The position numbers were made by a program, and so were the translations under genes. A DNA stretch of 64,000 nt from Carcharhinus longimanus (lineage: Eukaryota), in assembly GCA_030264375.1 (NCBI GenBank), contig JASCQW010000119.1, forward strand, positions 11,069,896-11,133,895, written 5' to 3'. A model generated the notes under the pieces. It did no database searches. It had not been told where the DNA came from and saw nothing but the letters and a program-made list of their open reading frames with translations. Shown piece after piece: positions 12,855-25,075 of the stretch (its first letter is position 1; every line of letters starts with the position of its first letter).

Positions 12855-14450
12855 CATTTTGATAAGATGATGGCTGATTGGATTTTTGCTTCAACTCCAC
12901 TTTGCTGTATACACACTATCCAGTTTCACTTTTTTTGAATGAAAACCCTATCTGCTTCTTCATTGAATATGTTCAGTAACCCTGCTTCCAAAGCTCTTTG
13001 AGGAACAGAATTCTATAGATCCAGGATCCGTGAGAGACTGAACCCCCACCCATCGCCGTGACCCATTATTATTAAACTGCTACCCCTCATTCCAGTTTCT
13101 CCGACAAGGGGGAAGCATTCTTCCCTCCGGACCTGACATGTTTCTATGTTTTCAAACGTTCATGATACGTTCTCAAGCCTAAACTTTCTTCCCCAATAAG
13201 ATAAATCACTGATCCAGGGATTTATCAAATGAGTGGCGTCAAATGCAACTACGTCCTGCCGTAAATTAGCAAACACAAGCTGCACAACATTGCTAGGATG
13301 TCGTCTCTCCACAACCCCGTGAATCTGCCGTTAATTGTAAGAACATGGTAACATCTGAACATGAGAACTTAAACAGCCCTGATTTTCTATCACTCCCATT
13401 GACATTTCATTTCACTTACTATCCGTTTGCTCTAACTGCATGTATTCGAGACTTTTGATTAGAATGCTAGGACACTCAGCTTCCTCTGTAACATAGAGTT
13501 CTGCAATCTCTCTCCATTAAATGCCTTACTGTTTTTCTATTATCTCTGCCAACGTGGACAGATTCAGATTTTCCCCATGATATCATTACAACATTTAAAA
13601 ATTACCCATTCACTTACCTCGCTGTTTCACTTTGCAAACTCATTTTGGTCTCTTTTAAAGTTACTTCCTCAACACATCTAGCAGCGAAACATTCTATCCT
13701 TTCATCCAAGTTGGATATAGATTACAAACAGTTAAGGCCCCAGCATTCATTTTCGTGCAAATAAATTTTTAGCAAATTAGTAAACAGAAAATGCCCCATT
13801 TATGCCTTCTCTCCGTTTCCTATTAGCTAATCAATGTTCTTTAGATGCTGGTGTGTTACACCGAAATCATGAGCTTCTATGTTGTCTTGCACCTTATGAA
13901 ATGCCTCCCGCACCTTCACATAAACCACAACTACCAGGTACACGTTGCTTGTTACTTCCTAATAAACAAAACCTAATAAACTAAGCAAGTATGATTTTCC
14001 TTTCACAAACCCACGTTGGCTCTTCGGGATTGCTTTGGGATTTTCTAGGTGCCATGCTGCAATCTTCTGAATCTGTGGTTTCTGTGTCCTCCCTTCCTTC
14101 AATGGAACGTGCAGTCGCTGTATTGCAATCTCATAGTGTGTTGAAATAACGGTACAAATGTATTACTCATTGCAACAGCTCGCTCTCCAACATATATAAC
14201 AAGGAGTTGAGCAGAATCTGGAAACTGTTAGATTTTTGTTCAAAGATTTTCCCAGTAATCTTTCCCTGATTATTGTAAATGCTTTAAGATCATCTCTTCA
14301 ATTCAGCTCTTGGTTTATAATCTTTAAATGGGACCATATTTGGATGCAGTTAAATATGTTGTGTCTTAATCTGGTATGTAATCTACTATGGATGCCAAAC
14401 ACACCATTGTGTACTTTTGTTGTGCAAAATCTGTTTAACCCACTTTACAG
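12855..14450 (-). mobile_element. Old CR1 LINE fragment (RT to 3' end)
   Basis: Degenerate CR1 3' tail (gatggctgattgg...tcaactccac) followed by reverse-strand RT-region remnants. Confidence 0.65.
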
Positions 14451-15698
14451 GCCGTGTGGACACTCATGAACTTGATATTACCTGCCTTTTCCCTGAATTT
14501 CACTGAAGGGATTAGGCATCCAGACGAATTCTGCCTCGTAACAAATAGGGTAGTCATGTCACTGCTGACTAATGCAAATCAAATGATGGAGTGATCAATA
14601 AAGCATGATTTCAAGGAGTGGGGTAAGAGTCAAAAAGTTATGTACAGCGGCAAAGGACGCTATTTGGTCATTGATCCCCAGGAGATATTATTCATAAGTG
14701 TCACTTACAACCACGTGTGAAATCCATTAGAAAATTAATATGAGATTAAGTGTTGCTGTAAACGCGGACATTTATTGTCTATTCTATTCCTTTCCTGCGA
14801 CTTGTGTCTCATGTTTTATTTCTGTTACGACTTAGCAACATGAAAAATAACTTCAGATGAATCGCAGGCATCATGGTTGGAACTGAGCATAGTTTCATAA
14901 TTACAAACTGTTAAGACTTGCAGCTTCCCTTCCCATGAGCAGAATACCTTTTACAGTCACTTCTGCTAATGCCAGATCTAACTTTCTGAACAGATTTTTA
15001 AATTATCCAACTTTCATCTGGGGTCTTGCCGTTAGATTTGCAATGCAGCCTGTGGAATCTGAGAACATAATCAAATTCGTGTGTTCCATTATATCTGCTC
15101 GTTTATTTCCACTCTCAGCTTTCTACTATCCTCTCTTTCCTAACATTGGATCGTCTTTTTTTCTCACTCTGTGACCAGACGTTAAAGAACGCAACATGGA
15201 CCCATTGTGGACCCATTAACGTAATATGGACACGATCCCCGGATTGAACGCACCCACTTCAATTGAGAAGGTTAACAATGATTTGCGCCAAGATTTTAGT
15301 ATGATAAGTCGTTAATAAAAATAACCAGTTAGTTGGAGAATTTATGCATGAAATCCACGCTAAATATTGTGGAGCCAACCATGCAAGACTGCCATTAGGA
15401 AACACTTAGGCATTAAAGTGGTGGCAAACGTTTCTGGTTCCAGTTTACAAACACAATTAACGAATTATCAACTATTTGTTTCAAAACTGATATTATAGAT
15501 GTTTTGCAACCATAGTTTTTTAAATGGGTGGGCTACAATGGATGTTTGGAACCCTGCCGCAAATCCGCTATGCTATCAGGCAGAATGCTTAACTTACGTC
15601 CCTGTTCCTCTTATATGTCCCTGTGTTATTTCAGAAACGTGCAGTTGCCCTGTATTTTATTTTTAGCTGACACTTCAACCTGCTTCCGTTTGTTTCAG

Positions 15699-15734
15699 AA
15701 CTGGAAACTCTGAAGGGAATTTGCTCAGATAAAG
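15699..15734 (+). CDS. Microexon 4 (36 nt); ELETLKGICSDK
   Basis: cttccgtttgtttcag|AACTGGAAACTCTGAAGGGAATTTGCTCAGATAAAG|gtgatt; ELETLK parallels EIETLK of exon 2. Confidence 0.8.
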
Positions 15735-16339
15735 GTGATTAAAAATATTCTGCTCGTGTCACCGTTCTTAAAATGAAGGATACATTTTAAACAATGATTG
15801 ATGTTTTTATTTAATTGTTACTGAATGTACACTTCACTAGCAGGTCATTCATTCATTGCAATTTTCTAATTGTTCTTGACAATGTGGCCATCAGTGCGCT
15901 TCTGGATCCGCTCAGATCGATGTGGTCCATCTACATTCGCAGTGCTAGTAGAAGGCAGTTCCAGAATTTTGACTCTGCGAGAGCAAAGCAACGGCAAAGT
16001 ATTCCCAAAGTATTCAAGATGGTCTGATTTTTTAAGGTAACCTAAATGTGCTGTTGTTAACCTACATCGGGTGCTCCTGGCAGACTTGCCGGCATTGGTA
16101 AGTGCTGGCGAAGGAGACATGGCGAGTTGCTGCAGTGTATCATGGAGATCGTATAAACTGTATCCATCGCGCGCCAGTGTGGGTCGGAGTCAATATTTAT
16201 TATGGTCGTTGCCTTGCCAATCAGACTTTTGAATTGTCCTGAATAGTGAAAGGGTTATTTACAGTTTTTGAAACTGAACTTATCCAGCCAAGTGCATTGT
16301 GTAGTTTCTGACGCCTGACAATGTAGATTATGCGCAGAT

Positions 16340-16505
16340 AAACGCAAAGTAGTACTGATGTTTGAATCTGAAACAAAAACCGAAAAATGCTGGAAAATCG
16401 CAGCATGTCTGACAGCATCAAGGGCCATTTAGACTCGAAATGTTGTCTCTACTCCCTTTCCACAGTTGCTGCCAGACCTATTGAAATTTTCTAGCATTTT
16501 TCTGA
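16340..16505. mobile_element. Penelope-derived short element with inverted ends
   Basis: aaaaatgctggaaaatcgcagcatgtctgacagcatc ... gttgctgccagacctattgaaattttctagcatttt arms; central gactcgaaatgtt hammerhead remnant. Related copies near 25810-25970, 27630-27720, 41170-41250 and 42080-42340. Confidence 0.6.
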
Positions 16506-17169
16506 AGATTGTACGCAGCCTTTGGGGAGCAAGGAGCTGAGTTAACGGCCTTGGATTTCTCAACCGCGAACCTGTTCGAACAGCCGCAGTGTTTCCATCG
16601 CTGATCCATGATCAACGCTGGTCAATGAAAACCCCGTGGCCGGCAATATTAGCGGATCCAACGAAACTTGTTTAATCGAATGTCATAAGGATATGCTTGG
16701 AATCTCTCTGGAAGAAACGGGTGATTTCATGCCTGGCACGTGTGTGACGTGAATGTCACTTCCCCTTCTCAGCCAAGTCTGAGTGTTACTGTTGGATACG
16801 ATCACATAAATCTTCCGTTTAAAATGAAGGTAGTCCAGTTGGCTGCAGTTCATAGACTCCGCCCAGCTAAATATGATTTGACAGAATAATTTGGTATCTT
16901 CTAAATTACACGATCATCAAAGAACCCAACTAGACGGAATGTCAAAACTGTTGGCGTAATTATAAGAGCATTGAATCTCCTGAAACAGAGAAAATGGCTT
17001 CCACAAGAAACCATGAGAACACCCTAAGGTGTAAACGACAATCTCTCAAAATATTGATTATTTCAGTGTGTTTGTGGATCGTTGCCGCAATCTTTTGAAA
17101 CACATTCATTCTCCCCGAACTTTTATGCGCCATCCATTAACAACATATGTGGTATTGATCGCTGTTTCT

Positions 17170-18445
17170 ACCATTCCGCCCTCCCGTTATCTCTATGTGT
17201 TAAGACTGAACACGGTCATGTATTGGCATTTTGTTCGATGAAGTTTCAACATGAGTAGATGGCATAAAGAAGTTGAAAATGCATATTTGGAATTCCAAAG
17301 GCGCTCCAAAGTTAACTCACAAAGGTGAATTCAGCAAATAAGAGCCTATGGTGTTCAAGATAGTGTACCGGCGTAGATAGATAATTCCAAATGGGCAAGA
17401 AACATCGAATGGAAATCAAGGCTCATATATTACGACGGCTATCTGTAGCGAGTGGTGTGCCAATTCGAATAAGTGTTGGTACCGCAACTGCTTACAAAGA
17501 TATGTGAATAAATTGCAAGAAGGAAGCACATGTACAGAAGCCAGATTTCCAGATTACACAAAAGTACGTGAAAAGGCAAGTACCAGAGGGATAGAAGCAG
17601 TTTGAAACGAGATGTGGATAAGTTGACAAAATGGGCAAAGTATTGACAAATGGAGTAAAATATTGCAAAATGTAAAATTGCTCTGTTTGGAAGAGAGAAC
17701 GAAAGACACATTACTATATAAATGGAGACATATTGCCAGAAGCTGCAACACAACTTTGGGACAATTTTGCATGAAACACAGAAAGCTAACAGGCAGCTGC
17801 AGCAGGTAATCAAATGCTACTAGAAAGTTGGTCCTTACTTCAAGGGAGATTGAAGTATCAGATTTTGCAAGTCCTGCTACAACTTTACAAGGTACTGGTG
17901 AGATCACATCGAGATCACTGTGAGCAGTTTTGGTCCTCTTATTTAAGGAAATATGTTATTTAATTGGAGAAAGTTCAGAGTAGGTTCACTAGGATAATCC
18001 CCGGTATGGAGGCGTTGTTCTATGAGCAAAGATAAATTGGCACTCTACTCCCTGGAATTAGAAGTTATCTGATTGAAATATATGAAATTCTTAAGGGGCT
18101 TGACAGAGTAAATGCTGAGAGGCTGTTTCTCTTCATCAAGAATCTAGGACCAGAGGGCAGAGACTCTGAATACAGGGGTGCAAATTTAACACTGAGGATA
18201 AATTTCTTCTCTGAGGATGGTGAGTCTTTGGATATCCTTGCTACAGAGAGCTATAGGGATAGAATCTATGCATATGTTTAAGGCTGAGATATATAGGTGT
18301 TTTATCAGGATGGGAGCCAACAGTTACGGGAAAAGAACAGGGAAGTGTACGTGAGGAGTGTTTTCAACCGTAATCTCAAAGAAAGGTAGATCAGGCTCGA
18401 GAGTCCAACTGGTCTACTGTTGTTTCAATTTCTTATGGCCTTATG
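17170..18445 (+). mobile_element. CR1 LINE, RT region to 3' tail, decayed
   Basis: Degenerate gtggataagttgacaaaatgggcaaag (VDKLTKWA), cagttttggtcctcttatttaaggaa, tail ttcttatggccttatgg. Confidence 0.85.
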
Positions 18446-19194
18446 GAATTAAATATATTTTCTCCACTAAAGTAAGGGCCAAGTTTTGACATATGATGAA
18501 AATGTATTTATTTTTAACCACATATAGAAAGGATGAAAGGGCTGAGCGAGGGAAACCAATCCTAAGCGTCCGAGGTAAGGTAGACAGCGATGATGTAATC
18601 GGGAATTGTAGGAAACAAACACCTTCTTCAGCGTTCGTCCCTGCTTGCCGAACCCACAGTCACAATTTAAACGGAATAGAATAGAGGTCTTTAAAGTGAA
18701 CACAAGAACGTATTATTAGAATCACTGACCAGAAAATGCAGCGCCACAGACCTGGTTCGTCATGAAACAAAATTAAATCTTCTACAATTCAATTTACTTG
18801 CCTCATTCTCAGGTTCATCATTGCTAGAGTTGGAGATCATAATTTCGCATAAAAGTGTATACTAAGTCTGGGCACAAAGATATTCACGCCTGTTGCAATG
18901 GACCCAGAACGTATTCATCCCACTTATTCTCACTGGATGCTTTTTCAAATCCGAAATCAATCTCCTGAAATTTATCTGTATCACACTAGAAGCAAGCTTA
19001 TGCTTCTTTGAAAGTTTAAACCGAACTCAATGCAATAATCTATCTGTGGTGTTTCCAAAACGCCATATAAATGAAACTAGATTCTCTTAACCATATCCTG
19101 GAACCCACGTCCAATCACGTTAAGTAGACTACTTGACAGATTTAGTATTGGTCTCCATGCTTAAGAAGCGGCACAATCTGTTCAGACTAGATTC

Positions 19195-19610
19195 GATGGA
19201 CTGATTGCTAGCACAAAGAAGTTAACCTATGAGGGGTGATTGAGCAGATTATTTCTGGGCACATTGAAGTTCTGAACGATGAGAGTTGATCCTATTGCAA
19301 CGTATAAGAGCTGAAAAGGACATGACGCGGTATTTCTCCACGTGATGGTGATGGAGTAATAGAGCTACAGAACAAAGTTGCAAAATTAGCATGCTCACAC
19401 TTAAGTCAGAGATTCGGAGATAATTATTTTCTCTAGAAGGGTCATTAGTTTTCGGATTTCTCCACCACAGGAATCATTGACGGTTGGGCCATTGCATACG
19501 TTTAAGATTGAAATAGGTATCATTTTGAGTTATGCAGCAGGGAAGAATTTGAAGTTCGGTCCAACATCGTATATGTAATGGAAGAGATGACGGTTGGAAG
19601 GGCACCTTCC
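19195..19610 (+). mobile_element. Old CR1 3' fragment
   Basis: Degenerate YE.RL..L/GDLI.TYK-type sequence. Confidence 0.55.
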
Positions 19611-19625
19611 TTCAAATACCTGTAT

Positions 19626-19629
<4 letters not shown>

Positions 19630-19667
<38 letters not shown>
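19630..19667. repeat. (TG)n microsatellite
   Basis: Uninterrupted TG run; others near 5539-5565 and (CT)n/(GT)n near 62336-62375. Confidence 0.95.
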
Positions 19668-19668
<1 letters not shown>

Positions 19669-20252
19669 CTTGCGTTTTCCTATCATTCTATTGCACACTA
19701 TGTATTGACCGTCTTTTTTTCCATGCAGAAGGCAAGCCAAAGCATATTGCACAACAAGAACGGCACCACCATCAATAAATATATTTGAATTTCCAACTCT
19801 ACTAATTAATAATAGCTTCCACTTCCCCCACGCTATCTTTAAAAATTGCATTAATCAGGGATTGAACATAGATGCTTTTTCTCTTTTCTGAAAATTCTAT
19901 GGAACCCGACTCATTTTCTGTTATCTGATGATTGCATTCATTCTTTAATTTACGTGGCTAACATAGAGTTATACTCTGTTTTCAAATAACAAGAAAGTTC
20001 AAATTGCTTGGCTGTATCAGTGTTATGTCGTATTATCAACCTTATGCAATCTTCATGGAGCCTCACTCCCATGATCTGCGTTATACAAACGTCAACAAAA
20101 GTGTGATTTAACTCAGAAGTTAACCACAGCCTAGATGAATATAGTAATTTGATATGCATGTAAAGACCGCATGTTTGTTCCGGAGTCATCATCAATACCA
20201 GTGTAATTATGCAACTGTAATGACGTGAATATGGCGCATTTATTAAATACAG

Positions 20253-20279
20253 AACTAAAGTTGGGCAGAAAAGATAAAG
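20253..20279 (+). CDS. Microexon 5 (27 nt); ELKLGRKDK
   Basis: tttattaaatacag|AACTAAAGTTGGGCAGAAAAGATAAAG|gtaaga; weak pyrimidine tract, strong donor. Confidence 0.78.
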
Positions 20280-22179
20280 GTAAGAGTTTTACGAAATATG
20301 ACTACCATTCTTTTTGTTTGCTAATGTTGTGGTGCTCAGATTCGTGAAATATATCTCACCTAGAGCGGCATCATGTCATTTTCCTCACTGAACATCATTC
20401 AGATATAAAGGTGGAACGGAATTTTCTGCAAATATTGTGAAACTATTTATTCTGACGACAATTATATTAAGCATATCCTCTGCTCCTCACAAATGTTTTC
20501 CTGTTCGTTTCTCCTTTCTATTTGAAATTCGACTATTAATTTCATATCAATGACTTCAGAACCAGAATAGCCCTTTGATTAAAGAACTAAAACAATAGCG
20601 TCACCACTCTTTTTTTTTTGCACTGTCAGTTGTTTGAAAATCGGTGTCCTATATGTAGTGACGCTTATTTAACGGGAAAAAAAACTTACACAATACCACA
20701 TTTTAACAGGAATATTAATTCCCCCTTATCTCACTAGTCAAACATTCTCAGCCATGCTATACTTCATCGTGCAAGTAGAGGAAACATAGTGTATTACCTT
20801 TAAATGCCTCTCTCCCCGTCAAAATGTTAATGAAATTTAACAATACCGAAGCATAAATGTAAATGTGAGAGCACATTTGCAAGAAATATAAAAATAGTCA
20901 GTAATGCTTTATATTTGTATCAAACAATAATTGGAGTAGTAAAAATAAGCAGTGATACCATAGAGGATGAGATTAATGCACGAAGGAGAAATCAACATAT
21001 GCAGACATTTTATTAGCTGTCTTCAAAGTTGAAGACCGTGAAAATATCACAACTATCGCCGAGATTCAGAGGGAAGATTATAAGTCAGAAAATAAAATAA
21101 CTGCTATCGCCATCGAATACGTAATAAGATTGCCAAGGCAACTCGGCTAAGAAGAACCCTGATATTAAGGTAATTTTCCAAGGATTCCTTATGAAGAGAA
21201 TCCTGAGGTATTGGATGCACAGACTTTAATTTTTAAAACTCCATAATTTATAAAGCAAATTGGCAAACGGAATAACAAATCCATGTTCAAGAACGGAGAC
21301 AGACAGAAAGCTATTGTCAGTTAGTTAACCTTAGAAATCTTGTAATCGAAGTAGAAGAAACTGTGGAAATCGAAGAAACCTTGGAAATGGAGAAAGCGAC
21401 GGAGATGATCTGAGTATCCATGAAGGCAACAGGATGTTTGCGATTCTCGGCTATGGTCTGTTGGGTCCGTGCTACTTGGCATAGTGCGGTTTAAGAGCGA
21501 ACCTTTTGCCTGTGGATAGTGCGTGAATGAGGACTAAGGGAAAGAGAGGTGCCAGTTAAATTATAAAGAGAGGAACGGAGATGAAAGAACCAGATGAAAT
21601 AAAAAGTTGTACTTTGAAGACATTTAGAGAAGAGGGCTCAAGAAAAGACTTGGAAATTGAAGCGGCTTCGGGAGAAATGCTGGGCACCGATTCAACTTCT
21701 CGAGAAGCTGTGCACGTCCGTGGAGGCAGTAGGATGTGGCAATCGCATTTCTACTGGTACTTGTGGCAACGTACTCACCGGGAGTAGTGGTTTCCTCCTC
21801 AGCACGGCCGGTAATCTGAAGGTATGATTGAGTGCATATTTGGAACCGAATCAAATGGAGCCAAGAGATATGAATAAAATCATACGCAATGGGCAGTTGT
21901 TGAGGCCACTTCTGTTGGAAGGACCTTTAGAAAGAGTTTCATGGCGAGATCTTCGAAGATAAAGATTATATCCTTGACTCAACTTTGGAAATTTTCCCAA
22001 CCCTCCCACACTAGGATCGTAGCGGACGGGGACGGACCATGCAACAGTCCGTTGACCTCTGGCAAGACTTTTCGGTTATGGGCCGAGCACAATCGGGAAA
22101 TTCTGCCCACCGTATTTACTGATGCCTGGGTGTGGTGCACAGAAATCCATGTATTCTGTTTCGGCCGCATTTAGCTCTT

Positions 22180-23271
22180 AGTGTGTGGTATGGTTGTGTG
22201 CATATCTGTATGTGTGTGTGAGAGGGAGCATATGTGTTTGTGTGTCCAACAGTGCGAATTCGTATGCACCTCACATTAACACTAAATGCTGAAGAATGGC
22301 TTGATATTCAAATGTGTTTCCCTTTCTGAATTTGTATACTACAGTTGAATTTCGTTTGTCTGATAACCGTGGAAATATGTGGCTTTATTCGATATATATT
22401 ATGACATTCGTGTACTTTTCAAAGGTTTTCTTTCAAATTATGTTCTCTGAAGTTGTAAACAGACCTTTTTCAGTTTTGTTTTCTATTTGTTGCCGAGCTG
22501 TCTAGCGAAGTCATTTTATTGTTACTTCAATTATGTTTTGCTTATTTGATTTATGGCCTGAGATACTTTTTGGGATTCGGTTTATGCCCCTGCATCGTCA
22601 GGAGGAAAAGTGGCTCGCAGTTCAGGTGACATGAGCTCTTCCTTTCTCATTTTGAGCTTTTCTTTAGTTTCAGGAAGGACATCAAGCTAAAAAAGATCTC
22701 CCTTTCTCCCTGGTTTTGGAAATTCTGCTGGTTAGCTGAAAGCAAGACTCCATGCCTTCCTGGAGAAGCGAATCTGATATTGTTGGCTTGACCAGAGTCT
22801 CACTCTCTGATGTTCTGGGAAACTGTTCTGACTTCACTCTGTTCTGTGTGTATCGAGAAGGTTGCTCGAAATGATACGCTGAGAAGTCAGGGTTTTAATT
22901 CTCAAACCAAAGGATTCAATTCCAATATCACGTTAACATTAGTATTTATAGTGTTAAACTTCTGAAAGTTTCCTTGTGTCTATGGGAAATCTCTTCCTTT
23001 GCCGCATCTTAGATATAATTATTAAGGGTTAAACATTATAGGGATTGTTTTGTTTTGTTTGTAATTGATAAAGATTTTTGCCAATATTCTTACTATACAT
23101 GATAACTCTATTCTTAAATAAAGGTTCTTTGATAAAATCTTCCTTCTGGGTCATTTAAATCATACCTGAGGTGAAACATATCATGCTTATCCTAGCCAAA
23201 TTCAAGGTGCAAAACTTATGATCCAGGCAGGCTCCATTAAACACTTCGGATTTTCTGATCTGAACATAACA
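22180..23271 (+). mobile_element. Possible solo LTR
   Basis: About 1.1 kb non-LINE block with AATAAA near 23117, ending ...gaacataaca; 5' boundary and TSD not resolved. Confidence 0.4.
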
Positions 23272-23282
23272 ATGTTGAAACA

Positions 23283-24750
23283 TGCATAGAAAATAGAAGC
23301 AGCAGTGGACTATCCGGCACTTTGAGCCTGCTCCACATTTCATTTTGGTCATGCTGATGGTCGAATTCAATACCCTGAACCCACTATCCCCACCCCCCAC
23401 CCCCGCCACCATAGTCCGAAAAGCTATAGCTATATTCAATTTTGAAATCATACAAAATTTAGGTCCCAACTACCTCATGTTGTAGTGAATACCACAGATT
23501 CACCGCTCTCTGTGTGAAACTAATTCTCCCTACCTGACACCTAAAAGGTTTATCCTGTATTTTCACACTTTAACCACTAGTCCTGGACTTCCTCACCACT
23601 GGGAACGTTTTTTTTTCTGAATTGACCCTGCCTAATTCTTAGAATTATATATGATTCTATGAAGTCCCTTCTCTCTCCTCTAAAGTCCAATAACTACAAT
23701 CCTAACAGTCTTAAGTCCTCATATGAAAGTCCTGCCATTCTAGTGGTCAGCCTGGTAAACCACTGAACCATCTCTGCAGCAGGAACATCCTTCCTCAGGT
23801 AAGAACACCGTAACTGTACACGATATACAGGTGTGGTCTCGCCAACGTCCTATACATTTACAGTAAAATATCCCTTTCTTATACTCAATTGATACCGCAG
23901 TGGGGGCCAACATACCACTTCACTCATTTGCAGCCTACTGCACCTGCATGATTCCTTTCAGAAACTGATGCACGAGGACAGCACTGAGTACACAACATTC
24001 AGTTTACTCCTACCCAAATCATAAACTTTCTTCTGATTTTTCCTATCAAAGCAGATCACCTTACATTTATTCACAATCTAATGCATCTACCAAGCATGCG
24101 CTCACTTAACCATTCTTTTCAAATCACGCTGAAGCATCTCTGCATCCTCCTCACAGCTCACTCTTCAATCCAACATTGTGTGAAGTGCAAATTTGGATAT
24201 AATATATTTACTTTCCTCTTCAAACTCATTAGTACACAATGCTAATAGTGAGGATCCTCGCACTGACTCCTGTGGTAGCACACTAGCTACTGCCTGCAAA
24301 TCAGGGAAATAGACATTTCTTTCAACTCTATGCTTCCTGTCTGCTAACTGGCTTTTTATCCATCGCGACCCACCATCTGCTCTCCCGTCCACCTTTACTT
24401 CACTAATAATCTTTTATGTGGGACCTTGGCTAAGGCCTTCTAAAAGATTAAATAAACCAATAGACCGGTTCTCCCTAGTCGGCTCTGCTCATTACGTATA
24501 GCAGAGCTTACCGCGGAGAATCGCTCTGTGTAGATTTGTCAAGTATGATTTCCGTTTCGGAAATTCCTGCTGACTTTGTCTGATTACACAGCTATTTTCC
24601 AAATGCTGTGCTATGAAATCCTTCGTGATGGACGTCTGGAACTTCCCCTGCTACCGTCGTTAGGCTCACTAATCGCAGCCTCCCTTTTAGATTAGCAGGC
24701 TTACATTCGCTATCCGCCAAACTGTAGGAACCATTCCACAGTCCAAATAA
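23283..24750 (-). mobile_element. CR1 LINE, RT to 3' end, decayed
   Basis: Tail catagaaaatagaagcagc; minus translation WIKSQLADRKHRV...VASVLPQESVRG...ISKFA. Confidence 0.85.
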
Positions 24751-25039
24751 TTATTTTTAGTAAGTATTTGAATTTCATGCATCGGCTACTTCAGACTAAA
24801 CAATAGCGCATCAACATCATAAGCTTAGCAAATAGGTAGCGTTCTTGTGTAAGATTTGAACAATATGCAGCCATTGCTGCTATTGCGGACACATGAAATG
24901 TTTTATGGTTTAAAATGATTTCGCAAACACGATAACTTGTGAAAATGACGTAATTTAGAAAGTGCACTTCTGTATATTCTATTCCTGCGATTTATGCATT
25001 TAACGGTCTCATTTTTCCTTCAACATTTTCTTTCCTCAG

Positions 25040-25075
25040 AAGTCGAAAACGTCAGAAAATTGGTCAGCGAACTCG
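25040..25075 (+). CDS. Microexon 6 (36 nt); EVENVRKLVSEL
   Basis: ttttctttcctcag|AAGTCGAAAACGTCAGAAAATTGGTCAGCGAACTCG|gtgagt. Confidence 0.9.

Noticed and set aside
18528-18574. Possible extra exon (atatag|AAAGGATG...CCGAG|gtaagg)
   Set aside because: 47 nt, with an in-frame TAA in the phase-1 frame; breaks the 27/36 pattern.
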